In this document: positions 37,054-45,383 of the stretch, piece after piece
How the letters are laid out: each line of letters starts with the position of its first letter
Position numbering within the stretch: position 1 is the stretch's first letter
IMG/VR virus record: IMGVR_UViG_3300009529_000010
Span: 1-55,204 of that record
Source: a virus
Lineage: Duplodnaviria > Caudoviricetes
Reading direction: 5' to 3' (one strand)
Length of the DNA: 55,204 bases
Notes under the pieces: model-generated
What the model saw: the letters and a program-made list of their open reading frames with translations, nothing else
What the model was told of the DNA's origin: nothing
The model's database searches: none
Made by a program: the position numbers and the translations under genes

Positions 37054-37092
37054 AAATCCACGGAAGGAGGCAAAAGACCCTTCCGTGGATTT
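37054..37092. terminator. Intrinsic terminator, probably bidirectional
   Basis: 14-bp inverted repeat AAATCCACGGAAGG / CCTTCCGTGGATTT between convergent genes. Confidence 0.75.
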
Positions 37093-37096
37093 CAGC

Positions 37097-37390
37097 TTAG
37101 ACTTCTACGTCTAAGCTGGAGATGGGAGTTCTTCCACTGGGCGGGAATACCCAGTGGAGGAACTTCTCAGTTTTGATTTCAACGCCCCGCAGGAAGTTTT
37201 GGAGCATGGTCACGGGAAACACGTGAATCACCGACCCTTCCTGGGTCAATGCCGAAAAGACAAACATGCCCTCTCTCGGGGGTTGAGCCCCGATCCACTT
37301 TTCCGAGATGCTGAAAAGGAAGATCACGTTCTCATCCGTGAACTCCGCTTGGTCGCCCCGAACTTGGGTGATTTTCCCCCTCAGCCGCAT
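37097..37390 (-). CDS. Hypothetical protein
   Basis: Likely start MRLRGKIT overlapping the RNR stop. Confidence 0.55.
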   Translation of the reverse strand: MRLRGKITQVRGDQAEFTDENVIFLFSISEKWIGAQPPREGMFVFSALTQEGSVIHVFPVTMLQNFLRGVEIKTEKFLHWVFPPSGRTPISSLDVEV

Positions 37391-40300
37391 TTTGAACTCC
37401 CACACGCTGTGCAAGTCACACAGCCTTCGGTGTAGATCATCGTACCCTCGGCCCCACAATCCGGGCAAGTGCGCCCGGCTTGTGTCCCGTCCTCAATGTA
37501 CTTCTTGAGGACCCGACACATCACCTTGGCGAAGCTGAACATGTCGGCCTCTCGGTCCCGCTGAAGCTGCTCCACGACATGGTGGACAGCGGCCCCATGA
37601 CGCAAACTAAGGCTCAGCATCCGGGTGAAGCTCCCCTGGTTTGGGTTATCGAAGGTTCGGACGATGTCCAGAATCTTCGAGGGATCCTCTGCCTCCCCGT
37701 AACAGAAATCGTACTTGCCTCCAGACTTGAAGGACCGCTTCACGATCCAACCCGAAGTGACCTTCTTGGGAAGCTCGATATTCTCCGAGTGCCCTCCAAA
37801 AATCTCATAGGGTTTTCCGTCCAGCAAGCCTACAAAGATCGTCCAATCAACGTAGTCATCCCCCTGCTTCATACGACTACGGTGAACATCGCACGTCAAC
37901 GACTCGGGTCGTTTAGGGGCGTCGTGGCCCGAGAATGTGATCTGGTGGTCGTCGTTGGAGACGAGCACGCCAGAGCGACACCCGTCTCGATAGACCGTGA
38001 TCCCCTTGAGCCCCTTCTTCCAGGATCTCTCGTAGATGGTTTTGACCGTCTCATACGAAACGTCCGCAGGAAGATTGATCGTCGAGCTAATAGAATGGTC
38101 TACCCAAATCCCCGCGGCAGCTTGGACATCGACCCGTGCTTCCCAGTCGATCTCTTCTGCCTGTGCCCCGGCATAGGGCGACTTGTCAAAGTCCTCATCC
38201 ATGTGCCCGGTCACCCGCATCCACTCAGCAAGGCCGTGATGGTTGACGTAGAACTCAGACCACTTGTCCCCGTTCGCGTCCACATAATCCACAGTTGCCT
38301 GCTCGTCCGTAGGGTTGATCTTCTTACGACGCTTGTACTGCGCCATGAAAACAGGCTCAATCCCTCCCGTGGTTTGAGTCAGGATAGAGACAGATCCCGT
38401 AGGAGCGGTTGTCAAGTTCGCAATCTGGCGTCGACCGTATTTCTCATAGTCTCCACGGATCCCCGCCGCATCAATGACACGGTTTAGATAGGAGTGGTCT
38501 TTCTCCTTCGAGAGATCGAATACCGGAAAAGACCCCCGCTCCTTGGCAAGGTTGACTGATTCGGTATAGCTCGCCACTGCCAAGTGTCGGTAAAACTCCC
38601 CGACCATCTCCACGGATTCCGGAGACCCGTACTTAATGCCTAACATCGCTAAGACATCCCCTACGGCGGTAACCCCCAATCCAGTTCGACGGCCGTTCTG
38701 GCAAGCCTTGCGGATGTTTTCCCATAGGTCCTGCTCCACCCTTTTGACTTCAATCGGCTCCGGGTCACGGTCGATTTTGCTCAAGACCTTGTCAATCTGC
38801 TCAAGCTCCAGGTCTACAAGATCGTCCATTAAACGTTGCGCCGACCTCGACGCTTCACGAAAAAGGTCGAAATCAAACTTTGCCTTGTCAGTAAAAGGGT
38901 TCTTTACAAACTTAGAAAGGTTTACCAGCAACAGTCTGCACGAATCCCCTACAGACAAGGGCAGTTCTGCACAAGGATTTGTACATACCGTTCTAAATCC
39001 ATTCTCAGCATAGCAATCCGCGGGAGATCCTTGCAAGATGTTGTCCCAGAACAGGAGCCCTGGTTCTGCCGAATCACGGGCATGCTTAACACACTCTTCC
39101 CACAGACTGGAAGCATCTACCATTTGTGACACTTCGGGCGTTGTCGAGTCTACAGGCCAGCGAAGTTCCACCTGCTCGTTTTTCTCGACGGCTTCCAAAA
39201 ACTCATTGGTCAGCCGGATGGAGACGTTCGCCCCGGTAACTTTAGTTCGTTCACCATGGGCATTCAGCTCGTTTTTGATCCGCATGAAGGTGTAAATGTC
39301 AGGGTGGTGAACACTCACCGTCAGCATCAAAGCCCCCCGGCGACCACTGTTATGCGCGTACAACCCATTTGCAAAGAACAAATGGACATCATCCAAAACA
39401 AGATCATAGGTGTCTTCAACCTCATAAGGCTCAAGGGTAAGGACTTCATCATGGACCAATCGTCCCGAGGACGGGGGGAGTGGAACCCCCTCCGCGATCA
39501 ACCGGTCCACGGTATTTCGAGACATGAGATGCGAAGGATCAGGGCAAAAAGCAAACTTGTTGTATTTCACTCCCAGGTCTTTCGAGGTGAAAATTGACAA
39601 CAGGCTATCTCGCTTGGCCACAAAGCCTAACGACGAGACCTTCACGCTCTCACCTCCCAGGAACTCAATAAATCGACGTTGACTCGACGTACCTACAACC
39701 GACAAGGAATACAGGTCTTGCCACCCTTTGTTAGAACGGTCTTCCCGATATAGCGAAGTGGCAATCCCGTGAGCTGCAAGAACGGTCTTAAGAACCTGAA
39801 GGAAGGAAGAGGACGCCGAACTGAACACGTAGCCCTTTTTCGGACCTGACGCATAACCGTCCGCATCGAAGTACCCCGCAATGAAAGACCGCACGATTTC
39901 TTGCGAAGCCTGTAAAAGACGGCTCGGGAAGCGGAGGTCCCCAGACTTTTCTTTACTGAATCCGTTGATCTTGAGGAACTGCACAACCTGCTCAGATTGG
40001 ATACGCAACCGCTCGCAGTTACCGTCTCCAGGGGAGACTCGTGGCTCCATCCCCCCAAAAGACGACCGTACGCATGCCTTCACTTTTTCTGTGATTTGTG
40101 GCCAATCGTTTGATAGAGCAATCGACCACGCATGGTTCACGGTTGAAGCTTTAGGGATCTCGCAAATCGAGCCGTCCCCGTAGCTTTGACCGATAAGGTA
40201 TGCAAGATCCTCAGTAAGGACCGTTGGAAGATCATAAGCCTTTAGTCTATTTCCAGCGCCTTCCATATCTGGAATTTCCAATGAAACAGGGCTTCCTTCC

Positions 40301-41148
40301 CAACCCTCTCCCAACACATTTGTGATCGCGGTTCCTACAGAGAACTGGCTAACAGGAATTTCACCGTGAATCGTGTGAAACACATGATCGGCTGAAGCGC
40401 GGATTTCCCAACCTTTTCGAGTTGTAATTTTTTGAGTGAGCTTTGTGCTTTTGAGCACATCCCGTACCGTTCGCCAACCCTCGGCTGTCCAAACTCGGGC
40501 CCCCGCTCTAATCTTTTCGATCGGAAAAATCCCTCTGTCCGACAACACAAGAGTGTCGGCCGCTAAGCATTGAGCCACCTCACGGGTGGTGTTTGAAAAG
40601 CGCTCCATAAACACGCCAATGCCGTCCGTGGTCTTAGCAGCGTTGGCGGTTGGTAGTCCCCGAGGACGCAGCGTGGAGAGGTCCACACCGACGCCACCAC
40701 GGCGCTTCATAATCTGCGTAAGTTGTTGGTCTGTTCGAAGGATTCCACCATAACTATCATATGGAGATTTCACAACGTAACAGTTTGAAAAAGTTTGAAC
40801 ACGATAGGGGTTGCCAACTCCTGACATAGGAGACCCTTGGGGAACAACGCTCCAATCAGAGAGCATGTCAAAGATCTCACCCTCCGTTAGAGGGTTGGGA
40901 TACCTCGCTTCAATGCGTGCAAACTCCCGAGCAAGGCGTCGGTGCATGTCTACCGGAGTAGATTCCAAGTACCGGCCTTCCTCATCCTGAAGGGCGTACT
41001 TGGTCACAAACACATTGGCCGCAAGAGCATCCCCTTGGAAGTATTCCAAGGAGGCTTCAATTGCTTCGTCAAAGGAGTATGTCACCGATGCAGCATCATT
41101 CAAAGAGGGGGTAATGGATGCTTTGGAGAAAGAAGAGTTGTCTGTCAT
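37381..41148 (-). CDS. nrdJ: Class II (adenosylcobalamin-dependent) ribonucleotide reductase, intein-containing
   Basis: SNC, GVGVDLS.LRP, Q|SGRRGA, EPG, TNPCAE, APTG, KGITVYRDG and a C-terminal Zn ribbon with SKCG. Start MTDN (GAGG RBS) preferred over 41229. Confidence 0.93.
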   Translation of the reverse strand: MTDNSSFSKASITPSLNDAASVTYSFDEAIEASLEYFQGDALAANVFVTKYALQDEEGRYLESTPVDMHRRLAREFARIEARYPNPLTEGEIFDMLSDWSVVPQGSPMSGVGNPYRVQTFSNCYVVKSPYDSYGGILRTDQQLTQIMKRRGGVGVDLSTLRPRGLPTANAAKTTDGIGVFMERFSNTTREVAQCLAADTLVLSDRGIFPIEKIRAGARVWTAEGWRTVRDVLKSTKLTQKITTRKGWEIRASADHVFHTIHGEIPVSQFSVGTAITNVLGEGWEGSPVSLEIPDMEGAGNRLKAYDLPTVLTEDLAYLIGQSYGDGSICEIPKASTVNHAWSIALSNDWPQITEKVKACVRSSFGGMEPRVSPGDGNCERLRIQSEQVVQFLKINGFSKEKSGDLRFPSRLLQASQEIVRSFIAGYFDADGYASGPKKGYVFSSASSSFLQVLKTVLAAHGIATSLYREDRSNKGWQDLYSLSVVGTSSQRRFIEFLGGESVKVSSLGFVAKRDSLLSIFTSKDLGVKYNKFAFCPDPSHLMSRNTVDRLIAEGVPLPPSSGRLVHDEVLTLEPYEVEDTYDLVLDDVHLFFANGLYAHNSGRRGALMLTVSVHHPDIYTFMRIKNELNAHGERTKVTGANVSIRLTNEFLEAVEKNEQVELRWPVDSTTPEVSQMVDASSLWEECVKHARDSAEPGLLFWDNILQGSPADCYAENGFRTVCTNPCAELPLSVGDSCRLLLVNLSKFVKNPFTDKAKFDFDLFREASRSAQRLMDDLVDLELEQIDKVLSKIDRDPEPIEVKRVEQDLWENIRKACQNGRRTGLGVTAVGDVLAMLGIKYGSPESVEMVGEFYRHLAVASYTESVNLAKERGSFPVFDLSKEKDHSYLNRVIDAAGIRGDYEKYGRRQIANLTTAPTGSVSILTQTTGGIEPVFMAQYKRRKKINPTDEQATVDYVDANGDKWSEFYVNHHGLAEWMRVTGHMDEDFDKSPYAGAQAEEIDWEARVDVQAAAGIWVDHSISSTINLPADVSYETVKTIYERSWKKGLKGITVYRDGCRSGVLVSNDDHQITFSGHDAPKRPESLTCDVHRSRMKQGDDYVDWTIFVGLLDGKPYEIFGGHSENIELPKKVTSGWIVKRSFKSGGKYDFCYGEAEDPSKILDIVRTFDNPNQGSFTRMLSLSLRHGAAVHHVVEQLQRDREADMFSFAKVMCRVLKKYIEDGTQAGRTCPDCGAEGTMIYTEGCVTCTACGSSKCG
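39349..40569 (-). mobile_element. Intein with LAGLIDADG endonuclease in RNR (407 aa)
   Basis: Starts CLAADTLV, has ASADH, IGQSYGDG and IAGYFDADG, ends FFANGLYAHN followed by Ser+1. Confidence 0.92.
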
Positions 41149-41241
41149 TTGTGCCTCAATCAAACGAGTGCGTTCGTGTCGGGCAGACACGCGCACAGGA
41201 GGGATCCCTATAAGATCCCTAACGCCCATCCTGCTAAGGAT

Positions 41242-42231
41242 CTACCTTACCGCTTCGAAAAGCGTTGCTTCAAACACGGACCAAGAGTCTACCCAGCCGG
41301 AGCGGATCCCACGTTCGATCCGGGACAACCCGGACAAAAGGGAGACAAGGCTCCCTTGATCCCACTTCCGCACGACCGGCAGGATGTTTTTCTTCAGCAC
41401 GTACTCATTCAAACCAGTTTGAATTGCGACCCCCGAGGGGTTTTCTCCTTGGTCCAGCAGCGCCTTCACCTCAAGCCACTTGACAACGTTGAAATTGACC
41501 AACGCCATCGTTTTGAGCACAGCGCCGCTCTTAGGCCCTCCAGTGGTCTGCCGCACTCGATAAAGCGCAGAAGAGAGCCTGTTCAACTGCTTCTCCCCCA
41601 AGGCGTCTACCACCGGTAGAACACTCGCCTCCGAAAAAGAGGTCAACGTGCGCCTTACCAAGTCCGGGGTGACTTCCTTCACCCCCTCGGACTCAGCGAG
41701 CAAGGCAATTTTCTCTACCTCAAAAGAGAGAATGCCAAGATCGGTTCCTGCGGTGGTCACGATCCCATTAGCAATGGAGATATCGATGGAGAACCCCTTG
41801 TCTCGAACCCAATCCAGCACGTACTTTGCCGCCCAAGCGTCTCGCTCCCAAGGCTTTGGGGAAGAGAACTTGGCCACCAAGTTCTGCGGCAAGAATTTGG
41901 CAATCTTCCCAGGAGCAGATTTAGCCTTGATCTCCCCATCTACGTGGATAACCAGCGCCAAAGAAGAGTCGCCTCGTTCGTAGTGGTCCTGGACTACCTG
42001 AACGTCCATCTTCTCCGGGTCGTCTACAATGACCAGATACTTTTCATCGAAGAGCACGCCGGTGGTAGACATCAAGTCTACGAGCCCCTCTTTGTCGGTA
42101 CCCGAAATACGCTCTACAATACGCCCAGTTGCTTCTGCCCCCTGGATTGCTTTCGCAATCTCATTACGGACCAAGTAATCCTCGGCTCCCGAAAGCATAC
42201 ATACAGGAGGCGGCTTTTTCCACATGCTCAT
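41242..42231 (-). CDS. holA: DNA polymerase III delta subunit (HolA-like)
   Basis: LSGAEDYLV, LF....LVIVDD and GTDLGILSFEVEKIAL patterns; 329 aa. Confidence 0.8.
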   Translation of the reverse strand: MSMWKKPPPVCMLSGAEDYLVRNEIAKAIQGAEATGRIVERISGTDKEGLVDLMSTTGVLFDEKYLVIVDDPEKMDVQVVQDHYERGDSSLALVIHVDGEIKAKSAPGKIAKFLPQNLVAKFSSPKPWERDAWAAKYVLDWVRDKGFSIDISIANGIVTTAGTDLGILSFEVEKIALLAESEGVKEVTPDLVRRTLTSFSEASVLPVVDALGEKQLNRLSSALYRVRQTTGGPKSGAVLKTMALVNFNVVKWLEVKALLDQGENPSGVAIQTGLNEYVLKKNILPVVRKWDQGSLVSLLSGLSRIERGIRSGWVDSWSVFEATLFEAVR

Positions 42232-42830
42232 AGAAACATCACCAGCATTTCGTACTTGGTCGGATTGGAGTGCGTCAACCCCTCTCTAACCCTCTCCCAC
42301 AGTTTAGAGGTCTCCTTGTCTAAGGGGAGTCGGCTCTCCAACACCTTCGCAACGGCAGTAAGGACTTGACCATGATCAAGATCCTTCCAAACCGAAATCA
42401 CTTTAGCCCGGTCACCTGCCAAGGAAGCGTCAATCAAATCCCTCGCCTCGTCGAGAACATGGTCTTCGTAGGGCTCCTCACCGGGACACCATACCTGTCG
42501 ACATCGAGAGCGGATGGTCGGGCTTACGTCTCCGGCATCCACAGCCCAGAGCACGGGACGAAACACTGCCGAATCGAACTCCTCAATGGTCTTTAGCAAC
42601 GCGTCGGTAGCCGCTTGACGGGCTCGATCAAGAGGGCCGATGACCAGGGTGTTGATCCCATCTCCCACGGACACCTGACCGGATAGCTCCACGATCTTAC
42701 GGGCGTCGTCAATCTTGAGCCCATCATCCCCGATGGGGTCTTCAATCATACGACCCAGATCCCGCGCCTTCTGTAGCGCCTTATCGCGGGCCCCGGGCCC
42801 ATGATAGAGATATGCAGTTGTGTATCTCAC
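42228..42830 (-). CDS. holB: DNA polymerase III delta-prime subunit (HolB-like, short)
   Basis: AYLYHGPG, IDDAR, A.DALLKTIEE and SPTIRSRC. Start uncertain (GTG 42830 versus 42956). Confidence 0.75.
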   Translation of the reverse strand: MRYTTAYLYHGPGARDKALQKARDLGRMIEDPIGDDGLKIDDARKIVELSGQVSVGDGINTLVIGPLDRARQAATDALLKTIEEFDSAVFRPVLWAVDAGDVSPTIRSRCRQVWCPGEEPYEDHVLDEARDLIDASLAGDRAKVISVWKDLDHGQVLTAVAKVLESRLPLDKETSKLWERVREGLTHSNPTKYEMLVMFL

Positions 42831-42927
42831 GCAGCGTACCTTACAGGGAGACACCGTCACATCACCTTCGTTCTTTGGAGTCGAACTGTAGTCACTTATA
42901 CCCACGTCGGGAATAGAGGGATCTTCG

Positions 42928-43140
42928 TCACAGGGAGACACCAAAGCCTTTGCCACAAGTCAGACATTTGTATTTGAGGTAGGTCCCTCCCATGGGGAGC
43001 TTCCGCTTCATCTCTACCTTCGCCATCTTGCCAGGGCATCCTTGGGTGGCTCGGCACGAAACCCACACTTCCTCATTCTCAGGGAACTCAAACCCCGGTG
43101 TGGTTTGATTAGGGTTCGGAGGCTTCACATTGCTCGGCAT
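42928..43140 (-). CDS. Small zinc-ribbon protein
   Basis: 70 aa with CRATQGC...YKCLTCG; GGTAGAGT -10-like box 6 nt upstream. Confidence 0.65.
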   Translation of the reverse strand: MPSNVKPPNPNQTTPGFEFPENEEVWVSCRATQGCPGKMAKVEMKRKLPMGGTYLKYKCLTCGKGFGVSL

Positions 43141-43153
43141 CGTTGGACTCTAC

Positions 43154-43573
43154 CTACGAGGGTAGGGGACCGTACCCAGCCTCATGAAAACTCAGGGCCA
43201 GGGCCTCTCCAATGATCCTCGCCAGTTCTGGGGCGTTACCCTTCCAGAGTAACAAGAACCCCTCATTCGGGGTGGAGGGGTCCCATCGAGGATCTTCCAA
43301 GACCGGACGGACTGCTCTCTCCCACTGCCTCTCATTCACCGTCACAGGAAACCCCGGGACCGTTACGGCAGGCAGGATGTTAGGAGTGAACCCCGGTAGG
43401 GGTCGGATGTCTACCAGGGAAGACCAGGCTGCTCTGCTGGTCCCTCTGTAGATAGGGACTGCCAACCTCAACAGGATAAAGAGCACAGGGACTGCCAACT
43501 TATCCCTGGCTTCCGTAGGAGTCAGGTTTTGACCTACTCCAAACCTTCTCCTTGCTAACCCTACGCCCATCAC
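43154..43573 (-). CDS. Hypothetical protein
   Basis: 139-aa ORF downstream of a late-type motif (43586-43599); start uncertain. Confidence 0.5.
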   Translation of the reverse strand: MMGVGLARRRFGVGQNLTPTEARDKLAVPVLFILLRLAVPIYRGTSRAAWSSLVDIRPLPGFTPNILPAVTVPGFPVTVNERQWERAVRPVLEDPRWDPSTPNEGFLLLWKGNAPELARIIGEALALSFHEAGYGPLPS

Positions 43574-43599
43574 TCTCGTGAATTGATAACAGGATTACC

Positions 43600-44380
43600 A
43601 CTGGATCAGTCTATAGGCACACCTCACCCACTACCTCAAACCATCCCTTGATGGGGGGTTGAAGTGCTCTATTCTCTAGTTTTTGAGGGTTCCCAGGCCC
43701 TCTGGGCCTTCGGAGGCCAGGAGTGGATCGAAGTCAGTGTTGTCTGTTGGTGTACGGAGTGTAGTAGGACTATGGTTAGTATCTGTATTTGAAGTAGAAG
43801 TATTTGTAGTGAAAGTAGTAGTATTGAAAGTTGGAGTAGTGAGTGAGATTAGAACAGAAGAAACACTCTCTCTAAATTCTCTTAACTAGTTAATTACTAG
43901 AGAGGGAAGAATCCCTACACCGTCAACCAGATGGCATAGGGTTTCTAGAACCTCTAAAAGAGAACGAGAGGTCTCTTGAGAGTGTCCATAGACAGACATC
44001 CCCTGAAAGGGGATACCCGGGACTAGGAGTCCTAGGTGATCAGTCATGGTCATCTTGGAGATCATCTTGACAAAGGGTTTGAAGGAAGATCAACCTGTTC
44101 AGTGCAACCTTGAGGGTCTCTCGATCCCTACTGTCTTGGAGGCTTCGTTGTCCCTCCAGGGTTTCCCCTGCTTCCCCACTGCTCTGTGCTCAATACCGAA
44201 AACCCTGTATGGTGGTCATGGGAAGACACGACCCTTTCAGGGTCTGGTTGTCCGGCGTTAGATTCAGAGCGAGCGTTCCGCTCGACCCTCCTGAGACTTC
44301 CATGGAGGGCTCTGTCCCCTCAAAAAAGAAGGGCGAAGACAGCGCCTTCACATTACCCACCTGAGAGGAAAACGACTGCT
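43600..44380. other. Non-coding, hairpin-rich region with an AT-rich, strand-skewed tract (candidate replication origin or ncRNA locus)
   Basis: No credible ORF; GTA/GAA-rich tract ~43740-43860; palindrome TTAACTAGTTAA at 43882-43893; several short hairpins. Confidence 0.45.
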
Positions 44381-44381
44381 T

Positions 44382-44408
44382 AAAAGGAAAAGCCCCCTCC
44401 TGGGGGCT
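44382..44408 (-). terminator. Intrinsic terminator
   Basis: AGCCCCC-N4-GGGGGCT hairpin followed on the minus strand by TTTTCCTTTT, just after the 44435 stop. Confidence 0.8.
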
Positions 44409-44434
44409 AGGAAGGTCCCTGAGACCGGGAGCAC

Positions 44435-44968
44435 CTACCGGACAACCTGGAGGCTATCCCACCCCTCCCCCGATTCTGGGGGGGTCTCTGAGAGCCTGAG
44501 AGCCATGGACTCCAAGACGTGCTCGGGCACCTGTCGATCGGGAGTGCGACTCGCGTTGCGCGACTTGCACACTTCTAGTGGGGTGTCGATCCAAACGGCC
44601 TCGACCCGGAGGTCCTTGCGGACTTGGGCCTGAGCGGCCCGGATAGCCGCCAAGAGGCGTCTTCGGTCCCGAGGGGATGCCAGGGTGGCGTCGAAGTACA
44701 CAACACCCTCCTGGCGGTTCTGAGAGAGCCAGGTGGACTTGCCTGCGCCGGGGACTCCGACCAGGGCTACGACCGTATGCGTCGTTGGGAGTTTGACCAG
44801 CGCGCGCAAGAGATCGTATGACGCGCCCCAAATGGGACCCTGTTCTTCGGGGCGATGCACATACCGCCCGTTTTCGACCCGGAAGTCATCCGGGGACACC
44901 ACCTTGGTGGTCAGGGCTTGTTTCCAAGTGGACGCAATCCGCGTCTCCAGAGTGTCTTGCTTACTCAT
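44435..44968 (-). CDS. P-loop kinase (AAA_33 / polynucleotide-kinase-like)
   Basis: Walker A GVPGAGKST, YFDAT and DTPLEVC..RN..R...R.VP. Start MSKQ. Confidence 0.8.
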   Translation of the reverse strand: MSKQDTLETRIASTWKQALTTKVVSPDDFRVENGRYVHRPEEQGPIWGASYDLLRALVKLPTTHTVVALVGVPGAGKSTWLSQNRQEGVVYFDATLASPRDRRRLLAAIRAAQAQVRKDLRVEAVWIDTPLEVCKSRNASRTPDRQVPEHVLESMALRLSETPPESGEGWDSLQVVR

Positions 44969-45095
44969 CGGTATCCTCTCGCATGGAGGGTGGAACAAAG
45001 AACAGAGCCGCCTCATCGGCGAGAAGTCGACGCATGTGTTCGCGTTGCTCGCGCAGCTCTTCCTCGGAGGGGAAATCCAGGTCTTGGTCGTCCAT
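44961..45095 (-). CDS. Small acidic protein (44 aa; not in the ORF track)
   Basis: MDDQDLDFPSEEELREQREHMRRLLADEAALFFVPPSMREDTDE; its stop overlaps the kinase start, and it has its own promoter motif. Confidence 0.6.
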   Translation of the reverse strand: MDDQDLDFPSEEELREQREHMRRLLADEAALFFVPPSMREDTDE

Positions 45096-45102
45096 AAGGA
45101 CG

Positions 45103-45129
45103 AAACCGGGGAGATGCGTGTTTTCTTCC
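45103..45129 (-). promoter_or_regulatory. Putative ECF-type promoter GGAAGA-N16-GGTTT
   Basis: 7 nt before ATG 45095 and just downstream of a terminator. Confidence 0.6.
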
Positions 45130-45139
45130 ACGTCGCCTC

Positions 45140-45173
45140 AAAAAAGGCGGTTAGGGAACTTCCCTAACCGCCT
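45140..45173 (-). terminator. Intrinsic terminator
   Basis: 13-bp perfect stem AGGCGGTTAGGGA / TCCCTAACCGCCT followed by a T run on the minus strand. Confidence 0.85.
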
Positions 45174-45182
45174 GTGAAAGGT

Positions 45183-45344
45183 TTAGAACGAAAGGCCATC
45201 GTCGCCGTAGAGTTCCTCCAAGGAGGGGTCTCCGGAAGCCTTCATGAAGGCCACGTCCTCGTCGGACAGGGTCTCCTGAAAGTCATCGCGGATGTCGTCG
45301 AGCGCGTCGGCCAGGATTTCGGGATCGATGTAGAACGGGTCCAT
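45183..45344 (-). CDS. Small, highly acidic protein (53 aa; not in the ORF track)
   Basis: MDPFYIDPEILADALDDIRDDFQETLSDEDVAFMKASGDPSLEELYGDDGLSF; flanked by its own promoter motif and terminator. Confidence 0.65.
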   Translation of the reverse strand: MDPFYIDPEILADALDDIRDDFQETLSDEDVAFMKASGDPSLEELYGDDGLSF

Positions 45345-45351
45345 GCCTCAC

Positions 45352-45378
45352 AAACAAGGCACCGGACAAAAATCTTCC
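45352..45378 (-). promoter_or_regulatory. Putative ECF-type promoter GGAAGA-N16-TGTTT
   Basis: Sits in the 39-nt gap after the 45384 stop, 7 nt before ATG 45344. Confidence 0.6.
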
Positions 45379-45383
45379 AACCG

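Noticed and set aside
37480-38487. 335-aa plus-strand ORF
   Set aside because: Antisense shadow of the RNR gene.
43454-43499. 13-bp direct repeat AGGGACTGCCAAC as iterons
   Set aside because: Only two copies, in frame within an ORF (LAVP twice).
43683-43889. 68-aa Val-rich ORF and its Thr-rich antisense frame
   Set aside because: Products of the low-complexity GTA tract. The minus frame has no ATG after the upstream stop, and neither frame has a convincing RBS.
44067-44095. TTGACA as a sigma70 promoter
   Set aside because: No acceptable -10 at 16-18 nt and no credible downstream gene.
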